Assembly: GCA_044892505.1 (NCBI GenBank) | Contig: CM097882.1 | Location: 118,296,001 to 118,360,000 of the forward strand | Length of the DNA stretch: 64,000 bases | Reading direction: 5' to 3' | DNA from: Schmidtea nova | Taxonomy: Eukaryota | In this document: one piece after another, positions 51,688-64,000 of the stretch | Layout: every line of letters starts with the position of its first letter | How positions within the stretch are numbered: position 1 is the stretch's first letter | Notes under the pieces: generated by a model | What the model saw: the letters and a program-made list of their open reading frames with translations, nothing else | Databases searched by the model: none | What the model was told of the DNA's origin: nothing | Position numbers and translations under genes: made by a program

Positions 51688-52143
51688 ATGAGCATTCCAG
51701 TAGCAAAATATGGCAACAGCACCCAAACTCCAAAAATCTACACAATTACAAAAGAAGAGTATATATACAAATATATCTCTACCTTCGTACTAGAGGAAAT
51801 TCAGTTATCTCGAAATTACTGGCATTATCCTAATAGGGAGTCTATCCCGAATAATTTCAAATTTTACAACGCACCCCAGAGACAGTTGATCATCACGTCA
51901 ATTTGTTCTAAGGGACCAGTAGTAATAGCCGATGTAATGAGGGAGCTCAGAAATTGCCCCGATACAAAAGACTTATGGCTACACTGTGTCCATAAACCAA
52001 TAACAGTTTTGATTGCTGGAACTTTCCTTCCTGTAAAATTGGAGAGATATCAAACGTTAGCAATCTCAGAATCTGATGGGAGAGAGAAAAGAATCATGAT
52101 AGAAACACATGAGCATACAGAAACCTTATACTATCTACAATAA
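51688..52143 (+). CDS. Accessory ORF, unknown function
   Basis: 151-aa ORF inside LTR element. Confidence 0.4.
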   Translation: MSIPVAKYGNSTQTPKIYTITKEEYIYKYISTFVLEEIQLSRNYWHYPNRESIPNNFKFYNAPQRQLIITSICSKGPVVIADVMRELRNCPDTKDLWLHCVHKPITVLIAGTFLPVKLERYQTLAISESDGREKRIMIETHEHTETLYYLQ

Positions 52144-52150
52144 ACTGTAA

Positions 52151-52630
52151 CCGTCTTGGATATACAAGGTTACCGAAAAGGATATAGAAGAGTCAAAATC
52201 ATTCATTCGAAAAGAATTGCCCAGGGAGCAAATAGATCAATCCACCATATTCATCGCAGCTCAACTTTCGCAGTCAACCATTGTCGCAATAACCATATTG
52301 GACTACAATAGGCGTAGATTGTTAAATACCGTAGTAACTCATGTCAATCCCGTATAACATTACCAATCGCACAAACATGGCCTCTACGAAAAAGAAGTTC
52401 GGGGAAATTTCGATGTAGAAAAATGCGCCCAACAGATACGCAAGATCTGTGATGGTAAGATATTGGTCGGAATTCTCCTTAAGGAACTAATAAAAGTATG
52501 TGCCATCCCATTACAACGAATATTAGGAATCCACGACTTGGGCGCGGCAAAATGCTTGAAATGTAAAGGTCACACGAAGTGCGATGGAGCCTACCGAATT
52601 AACTTCTTGGCTAAATGTCTATCACTATCC
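52151..52630 (+). pseudogene. REX4/ISG20-like DEDDh exonuclease-fold remnant
   Basis: ITILDYNRRRLLNTVVTHVNPV*HYQSHKHGLYEK + (+1 shift) EVRGNFDVEKCAQQIRKICDGKILVGILLKELIKV aligns by eye to REX4-type domains. Confidence 0.5.
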
Positions 52631-52669
52631 TCACTATCCTAACACTATCCTCCTTGTCAAGAAGGAGAC

Positions 52670-53230
52670 TTGAAATCCGAAAACAAAGCTCGGACAATTA
52701 GAGCAGTATATATGAAACTTCAGGAGGAATGGGTTGATCGCATATCATTACCTCCAGAAAGTTTTACATCAGCTGGGAACACACCCATCAACCCTCAACA
52801 AACAATGGACATTACAGAAAACCAAGTACCAGTGAAAATAATCGAAGAGCTAGACGAGCCAGCTATCTCCATCATTGAAGAAGAAGAAGAAATAGAAGAA
52901 TTCTCATCTCCAGCAGTACCGGTCCCAGAAGAAGAAGATACATATGAGACTTGTGACGAAGAAATGACAAGTCCAAAAATTCCTAGTCCGAAAAAGATAT
53001 CCTCTATTTTCAAAATCCCAAATGTACCTAAGGCCATACAATCTATTTGCCGAGTCATAACATCACAACCCAAGCAACCCATCTGCACTTACAATCTGCA
53101 GACTACAACTGCAGTATCACATCAGAAAGCGTTAGGCAGCCTACCTGCAGCACTCCAACAACAAATACCCAAATCAATAAGAAGAAAATGGAAAATATTC
53201 AATCTATTAAAAGGACAAAAAAGAGAATAG
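52670..53230 (+). CDS. Acidic Pro/Ser-rich accessory ORF
   Basis: 186-aa ORF, probably disordered. Confidence 0.35.
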   Translation: MKSENKARTIRAVYMKLQEEWVDRISLPPESFTSAGNTPINPQQTMDITENQVPVKIIEELDEPAISIIEEEEEIEEFSSPAVPVPEEEDTYETCDEEMTSPKIPSPKKISSIFKIPNVPKAIQSICRVITSQPKQPICTYNLQTTTAVSHQKALGSLPAALQQQIPKSIRRKWKIFNLLKGQKRE

Positions 53231-55344
53231 CACATCCCAGTGCTCCTGCACTTACCAGCGACGACGAAGATTGTATCATGATAAAGACCGAACAAAAAAA
53301 ATGTAAAGTAAAGGAGTAAACCCCATCAATTAAAGAAAGAAATAAAATACCTACGACAATTGATATCGACGACCCAGATCAGTTCGGTGATAATCCTCTT
53401 TGGTGGAAACGGACAAATCTAAATTGGAAAAATCGCATCGATAATTATGATGGTAAAACCGTGAGAAATACCACTATTACAACTTGTCCAAACTATCGTG
53501 TATTGGATGTCGATGGTAAACCTTACATACTATCTTCTCTCGTCTACGTTAATGTGTTCACTGGCGAACCATTAGTTGCACGTTTCGAACCCGAAGAGCT
53601 CCAAAAACGAAGATCCAGAGAAAGCTACTCTATCAATCCCAAAGCAGATCAACAAATGTGATCTAGACAAATTTGACATTGATTTTAACTTTTGATTATA
53701 GTATTGTGAAATATAATTTGACTTTATTTATTGATAAATTGTGCAATATTTTCTGTGTACAGCGAATTATTTTTATTTTTCTTTGTATCTCGTGTATCGT
53801 CATCTGCTTTTCGAGACGAAAATCTTGATAGGGGGATGACATTTTAGGGATGGACCTTATGTCCCAATGTAAGTATACATATAATAAAATTAAAAATAAA
53901 TAAAAATACTAAAAAATTAGAATAATTCGTTACTTAAAATAGCAATTGTTAAATATAGATAAAAATAGTAATTATTAAGTACTATAAATAGATATAAATA
54001 TTATACAGTAATTATAAAATAAATAATATAAATGTATAAATAGTAATTATTAAATATTGTAAATAAATAAAAGTACAAATTTAGTAATTATAAATTACTA
54101 CTTTAAAATTAATTATATAAAAATATATATAAATAACACATATTAAATTCAATGGGGAGTGACAAAATCTTCAGGAATCGATTTCTAAGGAATTAATACC
54201 TCCAGATTAAATACCATCTGTCAAATTGAGATCAATTTAGTTTAAGAAGAGTGAAAGAAAAGAATAAATAGCAACAGCTGTCGAAATCAAGACAGTATTT
54301 AAGCAGTGAAAAGAAATAGACGAAAAAAAGGAAAAGAGAAAATTTCTGCGAAAGATTGTCAGACTTAGTATTGAAGAAAACTGAAAGAAGTGAAGCTACC
54401 AGGATAATTAAAGGATATTGACAACGACAGTTTAAATCAATTGAAAATCTATTCTCAATAAAACCAAGCTTTTGAAGCATTTGGAAGATCCCTTACTAGC
54501 AAGTATTGTTTATATTGATTTTATTAATCAGTTGAATTCCTGAATCAAACTCTAGATTTTGCATTAGGCAAATCCGTTTTTTCAAAATAAAATATTATAA
54601 TATTACCGTAAGTCAATCGTCAGACAGATTATACTTACCTGGGAGGCCCCAAAATCACTTTCTGTCTTACCCCTCTGTAATTTTTAAATGGTGTGAACAA
54701 TCAGTACCACCGGTTACTTGATTTACCATAACTTCTGCGGTATTTGATAACATTATTTGTAAACCTACCTTTAAACTTTTGTACACATTAATATACAAAA
54801 TAAAAGTATTTTATAAAGAAGCTTTACTTATTCATTTATATGATTGGAACACTTCTTTAATTAATTAATTATCTTATTTGGAGTCAATTTTGTGTTAAGA
54901 CCTTTTTTTACCCCCAACACTTTTGTTTAATAAATACTTATAAATATTTGATATTTGATTTATATTGTATAGGTCCTAACACTTAAAATATAAAGTTTAC
55001 AATTTTATTTCATTATTTTCTCGAAACACTTAAAAAATTCATCCGCCATCTTTAAATTTCAATAATTGTATAGATTAACAATTTATTATGGTTCTTTAAT
55101 CCATTGAAACTGTAAATGCATCTATTCTTTCCATGTTTTGTATATTCTTATATTTTTTCTATTTCTTTCTCTACTATATATAAAATAAAAATACTTTATA
55201 TAAATGTACAGGTAGGTGTGCATTTTTCTATACTATAAGGTAATTGATATTTTAATCTTATAGGTGATGCTAATGAGTGAAACACTGTTAAGAATAAAAA
55301 TTAAGTAGACAGTCATAAATTACGTGCATATATTATACACTAAA

Positions 55345-57910
55345 AGTAGGGTGGCCCTTAGCACATAGCAAAAAAATGGAAGTCATAATTTCATCTCTGG
55401 CACCAATCCAATCTGTGCCAAATATAGAAATAATGAATTGTGCAAAAAATCATTACGATTGGACAATATTTAGAGGATGCCCTCGAGTGTTTAAGTTTTG
55501 TAAGTACCACTATTTGAAGCTTCCAATGTTAAATTGCCACAGTTTTCTTGTTTAGTTCACATTTATTCTACACACAGTCACTCACAACAGCTTGTAAAAG
55601 TTCAGTTTACTGTAATATCACTTATTCAGAAATAACACAAACTGCAAAGTGCAAATGTTAAGAATTATGTCTCTGCCAGACTGCCAACTGTTCATCCGTA
55701 TTACTGTTATTTCGCAGTGTTCAATTGTTCACCAGTACTAGTACAATTTGCTAGTATTCGTTTGGTACAGTCAGGGAATTGTCGCCTGTGTTCATTCACA
55801 ATTTGAAGAAGAAACTGGAGTTGATCTTCATTTTTGGTCAATTTCTTCTTGTAATCCTGAATGAGAGCAACTCCACGCTCGGCTCTGTCGTTGACAACCG
55901 CCAAGCTCTTGACAATGCCCAGTGCTCGTGTGTACGACTCATCCTGTTTCCAGTCTGATGGATCCTTGTCGAGCAGTGCTTCGAGCAGATCAAGCAACTG
56001 GAACAGTTTCTTGGAGTTTGATGTACAGAACTGCTCCAAACCGTGTTTTCCCAGGAATGCATCAGACTTTATGCTGGGTCGCTTCGATGGATGATCCGGA
56101 GCTTCTTCGTCCATCGCGGCAATCATCAGTCTCTTTGAGTCATACGATAATCTGGAGTCAAACAGAGCCAGACCAATGAGCTCCTCGGACAGATACCACA
56201 AATGTAGACCAAGCTTCTTGCTGGTTGCAGCAGAAATAGCCGCATGAGGATAGTTCAGAAGTTGTCCCATAAGCTTGAAGTCATTCAGAGGTGCTTAAAC
56301 AGCCAGTGGTGCAGTCATCCAGGCTTTGAGGTGGATGATAACGGAAAAGATGGTGACATCACAAATACCACGTTCTTCTGAAGCAGTCATCTTGAAATGA
56401 CTTCGAAAAAGCCACATTTTGATGGAATAGAGGACTTTTGCCATCCATCGTGCCCTATGCATTGCGCCAGGCATTTGAAAGCGAATTCCACGTTCAGGAA
56501 CAGCGCCAAGAAATATGACTGCAAGCTCAAGGAATTCTCTGTAGTCATCTCTTGGCTGTTCAGCTCGCAAATATGTTCTGGCAAAACTCAGGATATCAGA
56601 ACGATATATAGCAACTAGTAACTCAACAGATGGGTCCGATGAAGCAACGTGAAAGGTGTCACGGTCTATGAATTACCATTGATCGTGGAACCGCTTGAAT
56701 ATGAGAATGTCTGGTCCTGTTGAAGTGCCAATCGAAGTCTTATCAAATGTTGCCCCGACAATTAGCTTCATAACGTGGTGACGACAGGCCAGGAATAGAA
56801 GATCTTTGTTTAGTTTGTGCTCGATCAGAGAACATGCTCCTGAACGTTGACCAGTATTAGATGCGGTAGTATCAAAACAAAGAGCAGCGACCTGATCTTC
56901 GACACCCCACTCTTCCAAACATTGAATGACTGCAGATGCTTGGGCTTCATCTGTCCCACAGGACAGCTTTGGGACGCCAAGTAACTGTTCGACTCCAACA
57001 TCCGAGATAAGGACTGGAAGACGATCTACATATTCATGTGTCGATAAATCTTCCATCAGCTTTCCGTCTCAGTGAAAAAAGGGACAGTTGATGAAAACTC
57101 TGATCACAAACTGGCTGATCTGGCAGACAGGTGACTTGCTCTAGCACGATGTATTGAGCTTCGGTTGATGTTTAAAGTGTTCACATCATGGCCAAGGCTG
57201 GAAGCTACTTCGCTTAGAACGAAGGTAGCATTCCGTGATGAAATCTTAGTTCTGTCCAAAGCTGATGTTAAACCAGGAGAAAGTACATTGATTTTTGCTC
57301 TCTTGGTCTTGGGTCCATCTAGTCGACTGCAAGTTTCGCTTCTATCAGTGAACTCGTGTTCATCAACCTCGTCATCATCTGAAGACGATGTAGTGTCAAG
57401 TGCAGCCTGGCTGGAATATACTTCAATTTCCTCTTGTGATCGCTTCTTTCGCTTCAGTTCTGCCTCCTTCCGATCCTGAAGACGTTGTCTCTTTAGTTCT
57501 TCTACCTTGTCAAGAGCCCCAATTGAGCCTGGTCGACCTTTTTGCCTTTGAGAGAGGAGAAATGCTCTATCTTCTGTAATAGTCATCAAAGTGAGGGCAT
57601 CCGCATGAGCAATGTCAAAGAGATTGTCAAGGCGTGCGATGAATTCATCCTCCATCGTCTTGTGTTCACTGGTTACCCAATTCTTATGCTTTTGTAGACC
57701 TTTCCATTCAACAAAATATGCTTCCAGCTTGTCGATGCAATGTTTGAATGCTCGAACCGGAATACCTGCCTTATTCCAAAATTCAAACACCTTTTCTATG
57801 GTTTGTCGACTAGAATCACGTACTGCCAGATTGTCAACTTTGTGAAGACGCAGCAAATAACCAAAAGCTTGGCGATATGATGGTAACTTTGCTCCAAGAA
57901 TGTCGGACAT
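55345..57910 (-). mobile_element. hATm-type DNA transposon, frameshifted transposase, 5' end missing
   Basis: End TAGGGTGGCCCTTA; LGAKLPS..FWNKAGIP, CFDTTASNTG, ACRHH, RDDYREFLEL, PGAMHRARWMAK, VVNDRAERGV. Confidence 0.8.
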
Positions 57911-57914
57911 GGTT

Positions 57915-58140
57915 AAAATATTAAAATATTAAATAAATTTGAAATACGGTTAAAAACATAATACATAATTATTACTCACCAACTTCCCGTAATAAATGTC
58001 TTTGTGGCTCTTAATTACAGACTGCTAGTCTAACAGTCTGTAATTAAAAGCAACAAAGACATTTATTACGGTAAGTTGGTGAGTAATAATTATGTATTAT
58101 GTTTTTAACCATATTTTAAATTTATTTAATATTTTAAGTT
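57915..58140. repeat. ~110-bp inverted repeat with ~9-nt loop
   Basis: ...TAATTACAGACTG ctagtctaa CAGTCTGTAATTA... with few mismatches. Confidence 0.85.
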
Positions 58141-61100
58141 AAATATCAATATATTTTATATAAATATTTTTTAGATATTTATGAAATTATGAAAAATGTA
58201 AGTAATTATAAATTTTATTTGACAATAATTGTGTTCCTTTTTCTTCATTTATTAGGCTGATTGTAAGCCAATTTTTTAAACCTGGACTCTATGTTTCAGA
58301 TACTTTTAGGTTTAAAACCCATTTGACGGCCGAATATTTGATAATCTTCATTCCGTTCCATTACACATTAAAGATTTTTTGTCAAATTCTATATATCTTT
58401 GAAATATTTAAAAATTTTAATTTATTTTACGTGTTTAGATGTTTTCCTTCTATAGGTTTGGCTGGTTGAGGCATTATAACTTCATTTTCTGTATTTCAAA
58501 AAATGTTTTTAATATAATTGTAAATTTACATTTCTCCTTGATCCTTTCCTTTAAATGACATCTTTGATTCAAACGAAACTTCTGAAATATCTTGATAAAT
58601 CATTTTATTTTTTAATTTTTAAATCCCTTATTAAAAATTGTCACTTAATTTAGGGTGGTGATTATCCGGTCACTTAAATTACATAAATGATCACTTAATA
58701 TTTTTGATCACTTTAATAAATCATAAGCTATCACTTCAATTACAGATTTGGTCACTTAAATTACTAACTTGATCACTCAAAATTAAATATAAGTGAGCAC
58801 TTAAATTTACCAAATATGGTCACTTAAATTACTTTAATAGTCACTTAAATAAAAAAAATGTAAGCTGTTCAAAATGTTTATTTGAAATTTAATTGAATTT
58901 TTATGTAAAAAAAATTTTAATAAGAAAAATGACAAACCATAACCACAAAATTTAAGTTAACATTTTAGAGTAAAATAAACAGAAGATGATTTATTTTAAT
59001 TTTTATGGCGTTTTGTTGCACCTCTAGCCAGTGATGCTTTGCGTTTTGTACTTTGACTTGGCTCCACTGGTACAACAGGAATTTAAATTAAAATAAGTGA
59101 CTAAATAAACAAATTAAGAGACAACTTTTTTAATTAAAGAGACCATTTAGACCTAGTGATCATTCAATATATTTAATAGACAATTTAATTAAATGACGAG
59201 CACATTTATGTAATTAAAGAGACAAATTTAATAAAAAATAAGTGACCATGTTTGTAATTTAAGTGACGAAATAATAATACCCGCTTAATTTATGTCAATG
59301 TGTTTGCATTTTTTATTATAGGGTTTTTTGTGTGTTGTGTATGTGATTTGTGACCTAATTTATTTTTCTTATCTTTTATAGTATAGGCCCGTAATTTATG
59401 ACTGTGCTTATAATTTTTGTCATTACACCAACAATCTGTAATTAATGGCTAAAAAGACACTTATCACAGGCAATTGGTAAGTAATTTTTATTTATTATGT
59501 TTTTAAATCATATTTTAAAGCTGTTCTAACATATTTTAATTTAATTAAATATGTTGGGTTTTATATAAATTCAATTATTTGTCGTCGGTAATTCTGACTC
59601 CTCACGTTCAGTAATCAATAACAAATAAGTCTCCCAACGTATATTTGTTTAAAATGATCTGTACAACTTGTTTAAAATTTACATTTCACTCACTGTTCAA
59701 CGTTTACCCGTTCGATCGAGTTCCTCTGCGGAATGCCCGGATTTTGTGAGATTTATATAAATACAATCACCTTTACTTTTCTTTTGATTCCAACTCTCTT
59801 GGTCTTCTATATTCGATTCTTCCGGTTCAATTCAAATTTACTCCTCTTTTACCCTTGTTATTTACTTTTCCTATTCGTTTCTTTACGATTCCTATAACTT
59901 TTTGTCCTTCCTCTTTTAACTAATCTCGTTTTTTCATGTCCCTACCTGAGGCTCAAAATGCCGATTGTTCTAAATTAGAATCTCCTTATATACTTGACTT
60001 AATCTGCGGATGATCAATTTGATTAATGAGTTTTTGGGCCAAATTGCTTCTATCTGACATTGCTTGGACAAGCGGTTCCTTTATTATTGTTTGAGAAGTA
60101 ACATTGATTAATTTCGTCCTTCTGGTGCTCCTTGATAATGACCAATTTTCCGTTTATCCCCATTAATCCTCCTGAAATCCAATTTGCTTGTTCTTCTTTG
60201 TTTATCAAGCTCGGGTTTTCGTCCCCGCTCGTTCTCCATTGGCCCCAGGCTTCCCATTAACTCGAGTTTTCTATTACCCAATTAATTAATTAATTAACAA
60301 TTTTTTGTTTTTAAACATTTAAGTATTTTTTGACCCCTCCCCAACATTTTCTGACAAAGTCACACTAACCATCTTGTTCATCACTAACCAACCTATACCT
60401 GTACCGTTTTTCAGATTCAATTCCGATAAATTAACAACACATTAATTTTTTCGCGGATTTGTACATTTTGTATTTCGTATCTGGTATTGTATTTCCCAAC
60501 TCTATTTCCATCGTAATTTCCTTTTCCGTGAATTTCTAGCTTGATCGCCATTTTACTTGTATTTTCTATTCAATTAACATTTAATTTTCATTAAAAATAA
60601 ATTTAGTTTAGAGACCTCAACAAATATTTTATTTAATATTTTAAGTTAAGTATCTAATTATTTTATAAATATATTTTTTAGATATTTATGAATTATTGAA
60701 AAGGTAAGTTATTATAATTTTTATTCGGCAATAAAATTACATTTGCTTATTTACATGTCCCTGAGATTTCCTCTTTGACTAAAGACTTTAGGAAGAACCT
60801 TTTAATATGATCATAATAATTTTTCTAATTCTTCCTCCACCAATCTTTTGACTAATTCTATACAAATTTTATAATCAGTTTATCTTTTAAAAATTTGGAT
60901 ATTGTTTTTGTGGATACATTGCAGCGAATCGTATCCAGGAAGTTTTTCATTTCTTCCAAAGTAGGCCAATAATTGTTCTATTTTCTTCACTTATAAGGCT
61001 GATATGTTTTCTGCCTCTTTTCTCTGCTGTAAGAAAGCCAATTTTTCCACCTCAACACTATGTTTTCATTAGTTTTAGGTTCAAAACCCATTTGCCGGCC

Positions 61101-61780
61101 AAATTCTTCATAATTTTCATCCCGTTTCATTACTTCTATTAGTAATATTTATCATGTTCCGAATATCCATAAAAGTTTAAGTTAAAAATTCAATTTGTTT
61201 TTCGTTTTTCGATGTTTTCTTTCTACAGTTTCAGCCGTTTGAGACATTATAGCTTCATTTTCTGCATTTCTAAAAATATTTTTTATTAAATTTTTTAATA
61301 TAATTGTAAATTTACATTTCTCCTTGATCTTTTCCAATAAATGGCATGATTGATTGAGACAAAGCTTCTGAAATATCTTCATAAATCATGATTTTTTAAA
61401 ATCCATTAATTAAAGACTGTCACTTAAATTATGTCCATGTGTTTGTACTTTTCATTATAGGTTTTTTGTGTGTTGTGTAAGTGTGTTTTTTTTACCTAAT
61501 TTTTTTTTCTTATTTTCTATAGTATAGGCCCGTAATTTATGACTGTGCTTTTTTTATTTGTCCTTATATGCAATAGGTATGTATATTTGTTCTATAAATA
61601 AAATAATTTATTATCATAGATACCTTAATTGTTGCCTGTCTGGCCATTATTTATGCTCTTTAGTGTAGAAAAGCAGCAAAATAAATTAGGTAAAAAACAT
61701 ACACGACACACAAGAAACCTATAATAAAAATACACACAAATGATCATAAATTAAATGCTAATCCGTAATTACAGGCATTT
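58140..61780 (-). mobile_element. Duplicated, decayed Tc1/IS630-like remnants (58120-58640 ~ 60610-61430)
   Basis: Minus-strand WPTLEEMKNFLDTIRCNVSTKTISKFL resembles a Tc1 HTH; shared TAGTATAGGCCCGTAATTTATGAC block at 59379 and 61520. Confidence 0.35.
58653..59283. mobile_element. Mutator-like MITE with GTCACTTAAATT subterminal repeats
   Basis: Imperfect ~30-bp TIRs GGGT.../...ACCCG; flanking CTTAATTTA x2; empty paralogous site TGTCACTTAAATTATGTCC at ~61419. Confidence 0.7.
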
Positions 61781-62818
61781 AAAATTTTAAAAAAATGATT
61801 TTTGGAAATTTTTGGAACATTATTAATGATTATGTGTTTATACAGTAAAATAAACATTTAAAGATTAATTAATTAACAAATAAATAAATTAATAAATTAA
61901 CAAAAAAATTAGAAAATCTTCCAATTTAAAAAAAAAACATAATTATATTTAATTTAAAAATTCTAATAATATTAAAATATAACAAAAATTTACTATAACT
62001 ACCAACTGCCGAATTATCAATTACAATCGCTGAAAAAATTATGTCAATTATTTATTACTTTAACGCTCTCGAACCAGCGTACCATGATTAATGACGAATC
62101 GTTATATACAAATGAAATACTCCATACATTACCAATATTTGTTCTACATAAATACTTGTATTGTCATAGATAACATCGGTAAATATTTTTCATTTCACGC
62201 AAAACCCTTAATTCAATCTAAGACCTAACTTTGCCAATTTGTGAGAATTTTGCTAAAGTAAAACAGCAAAACACTAGAAATGAAAACCTCAAAAAATAGA
62301 AATATCATCAAATCTCCGAAAAGGTTGTTGTAAAGTAATTTACATTTTCTAAAGCTTATTTTTCTAAATAAAACAATGACAGTTTTTCCAAAAATTGAAC
62401 CAATGATCATGGTTTTGTTCGGAACGATTTAATGAACAATTTTTCATGAAAATGATTAAAATTGTTTTAATTAACTGTACCTAGGATTTATAGTTTTCGC
62501 TTATAATGCACAGTAAGATTCACGGATGACCCTATCTAGGTCAAAGATAAGAGATAGAGAAATATTGGATTAGTGAGTAGAATTAGAAATTGGGTAAATT
62601 TTTGATTATTGAATAAAAATAAGGTGAATTATTAATTAGCGAATAACAATATATAGTGGGTAAATAATTGATTAATATACAAAATAAGAGTCATTAAAAA
62701 TGTACATTGAAAATTAGAAAGACAACCTCATCCTATAAAAATTCAGTTAAGAAATTACATAACAACAAAAATCTAAAGAAAATTTAAAAATAAGTTTGAT
62801 AATCTGAACAAAATGAAG

Positions 62819-63019
62819 TTAAATTCTTTCATCCGCAATTGCCTCTTGAATGGCATCATGTAATTGCTTTTTAAGTTTAATAACTTCTAGCTCTCTTGCA
62901 ATTACAATATCAACTAAATGTTTTATTCGAATTGCTTTTCTTTTACGACACAATTTAGCATTCTCAGATAAAGTTTTATCCCTGTCGATGGATTTAAGAT
63001 TTTTCGGAAATTGGTCCAT
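62819..63019 (-). CDS. Possible bZIP-like small ORF or exon
   Basis: NAKLCRKRKAIRIKHL followed by a weak heptad (LVDIVIA RELEVIK LKKQL). Confidence 0.3.
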   Translation of the reverse strand: MDQFPKNLKSIDRDKTLSENAKLCRKRKAIRIKHLVDIVIARELEVIKLKKQLHDAIQEAIADERI

Positions 63020-63598
63020 GGAGGAAATATTTAGCGACCGAATATAATTAATGGCAATTTAGAGAGATAAAATAGTTACAGATAAATCACAATCAAATAG
63101 TTTACCGTGATACTAAAAATTATTTTCAAATTGTAATTTATATATGACATAATCTACAACAATGACCTTTAATGAAACAATATAACATCTTCAAGTAACT
63201 TTATTAAAACAAGAATTGAACAGGATGATATTAGTATAAATTATGTAAAAAAAATAAAAAAAGATTGCAGATTAGGACAGTTATTTCGAGAATTTCTAAA
63301 TTTTAATAAATAATTTAAAAAGTATTTAAAATTCACCAAAGTTATATAATTTGGTTATTTAATTGTTCATATTTTTTATTATTTATAAGTTTACAGTCTT
63401 AAAAATAAAAATTCGAAAAGTAAATATTTACACTAACCTACTGATAAATGATTACAAATTAAAAAATTCACAATAAATAAAATTAATACAAATTCATTGG
63501 GCTTATTTTGTGAATAAATCTTAATTTGTTTAATTAAACATTTATAATTATTTCTTAATATAAATCAATCGTTGTTTATATAATACAAAAAACGCGCA

Positions 63599-64000
63599 AT
63601 GTTTGGCAGGTCATTAAGAGCTGAAACAAGAAGTCGAGCAAAAGAAGATCTAAAAAGAGTCTCTAAAACCACCGAAAGAGTTCGAAAATGGTAAAATGCG
63701 ATTGCTAACTACAGGCAAATGAAATGACAATTTTTTCGACAGGACCAAGAAATGGATATCCATTAAAGATACTACATTAATGGTTTTCAAATGGACTCCT
63801 GGTCCATATCAAGAGGGATTGTGTGGCAGTGGCGGCAAGAAGAGCGTTTACCGCACCAGCAACAACAATGTTAATAATGCAAGTAAAACCTCTCGATCTG
63901 TAGCATCAGAGCAATTTAGTAACGAAAGTAAAGATTATTCAGTCGATGACAACTTGCCACCAAATATAGCCGAGGAGAGCAACTGTTCAGAAGTGACAGA
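63599..64000 (+). CDS. BCL7: BCL7 family SWI/SNF (BAF) subunit, exon 1 (63599-63690) and start of exon 2 (63743-)
   Basis: MFGRSLRAETRSRAKEDLKRV..ERVRKW|TKKWISIKDTTLMVFKWTP matches the BCL7 N-terminal signature; 52-nt GT-AG intron; frame open to window end. Confidence 0.95.

Larger units (their letters stand above)
49717..54670 (+). mobile_element. Internally deleted LTR retrotransposon (Gypsy-like) with extra ORFs after integrase; right end approximate
   Basis: 341-bp direct repeat 49719-50059 / 53844-54184; PPT AGGGGGA at 53830; first repeat fused to mid-integrase. Confidence 0.7.

Noticed and set aside
54631-54642. U1 snRNA 5' end (ATACTTACCTGG)
   Set aside because: The match stops at 12 nt with no U1 body; more likely a consensus splice donor on the minus strand.
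55838-57845. Antisense/alternate-frame ORFs over hATm (and over the RT ORF, 1287-5235)
   Set aside because: Shadows of real coding sequence.

Overview
Very AT-rich, transposon-dense eukaryotic window, almost certainly metazoan (47-52 nt GT-AG introns, a BCL7 gene at the right edge). Left to right: (1) a giant RLE-type non-LTR retrotransposon (NeSL/Utopia-like). Its reading frame is open from before base 1 to 6582 except for one TGA, and it carries one intact plus two degenerate Ulp1-like protease domains. (2) A Polinton/Maverick-type terminal inverted repeat (TIR) fused end-to-end to a ~16.1-kb palindrome (8193-24307) with no central spacer. The palindrome is built from one Polinton half: AGTAGG termini, ~1.24-kb TIRs, a pPolB C-terminal remnant and an intact spliced 148-aa gene. 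(3) A decayed Gypsy element, interrupted by a hAT transposon, which is interrupted by a second Polinton-like family carrying a paralog of the 148-aa gene and an AP-1/CRE site array in its TIR. (4) An 82-bp piggyBac-type MITE and a small tandem gene family with a conserved GCGCGCTCTCTAC motif. (5) An LTR-element remnant with extra post-integrase ORFs (TM protein, REX4-like pseudo-exonuclease). (6) hATm, Mutator-like MITE and Tc1-like remnants. (7) The 5' part of host BCL7. All protein family calls are by eye from motifs; no database search was run.
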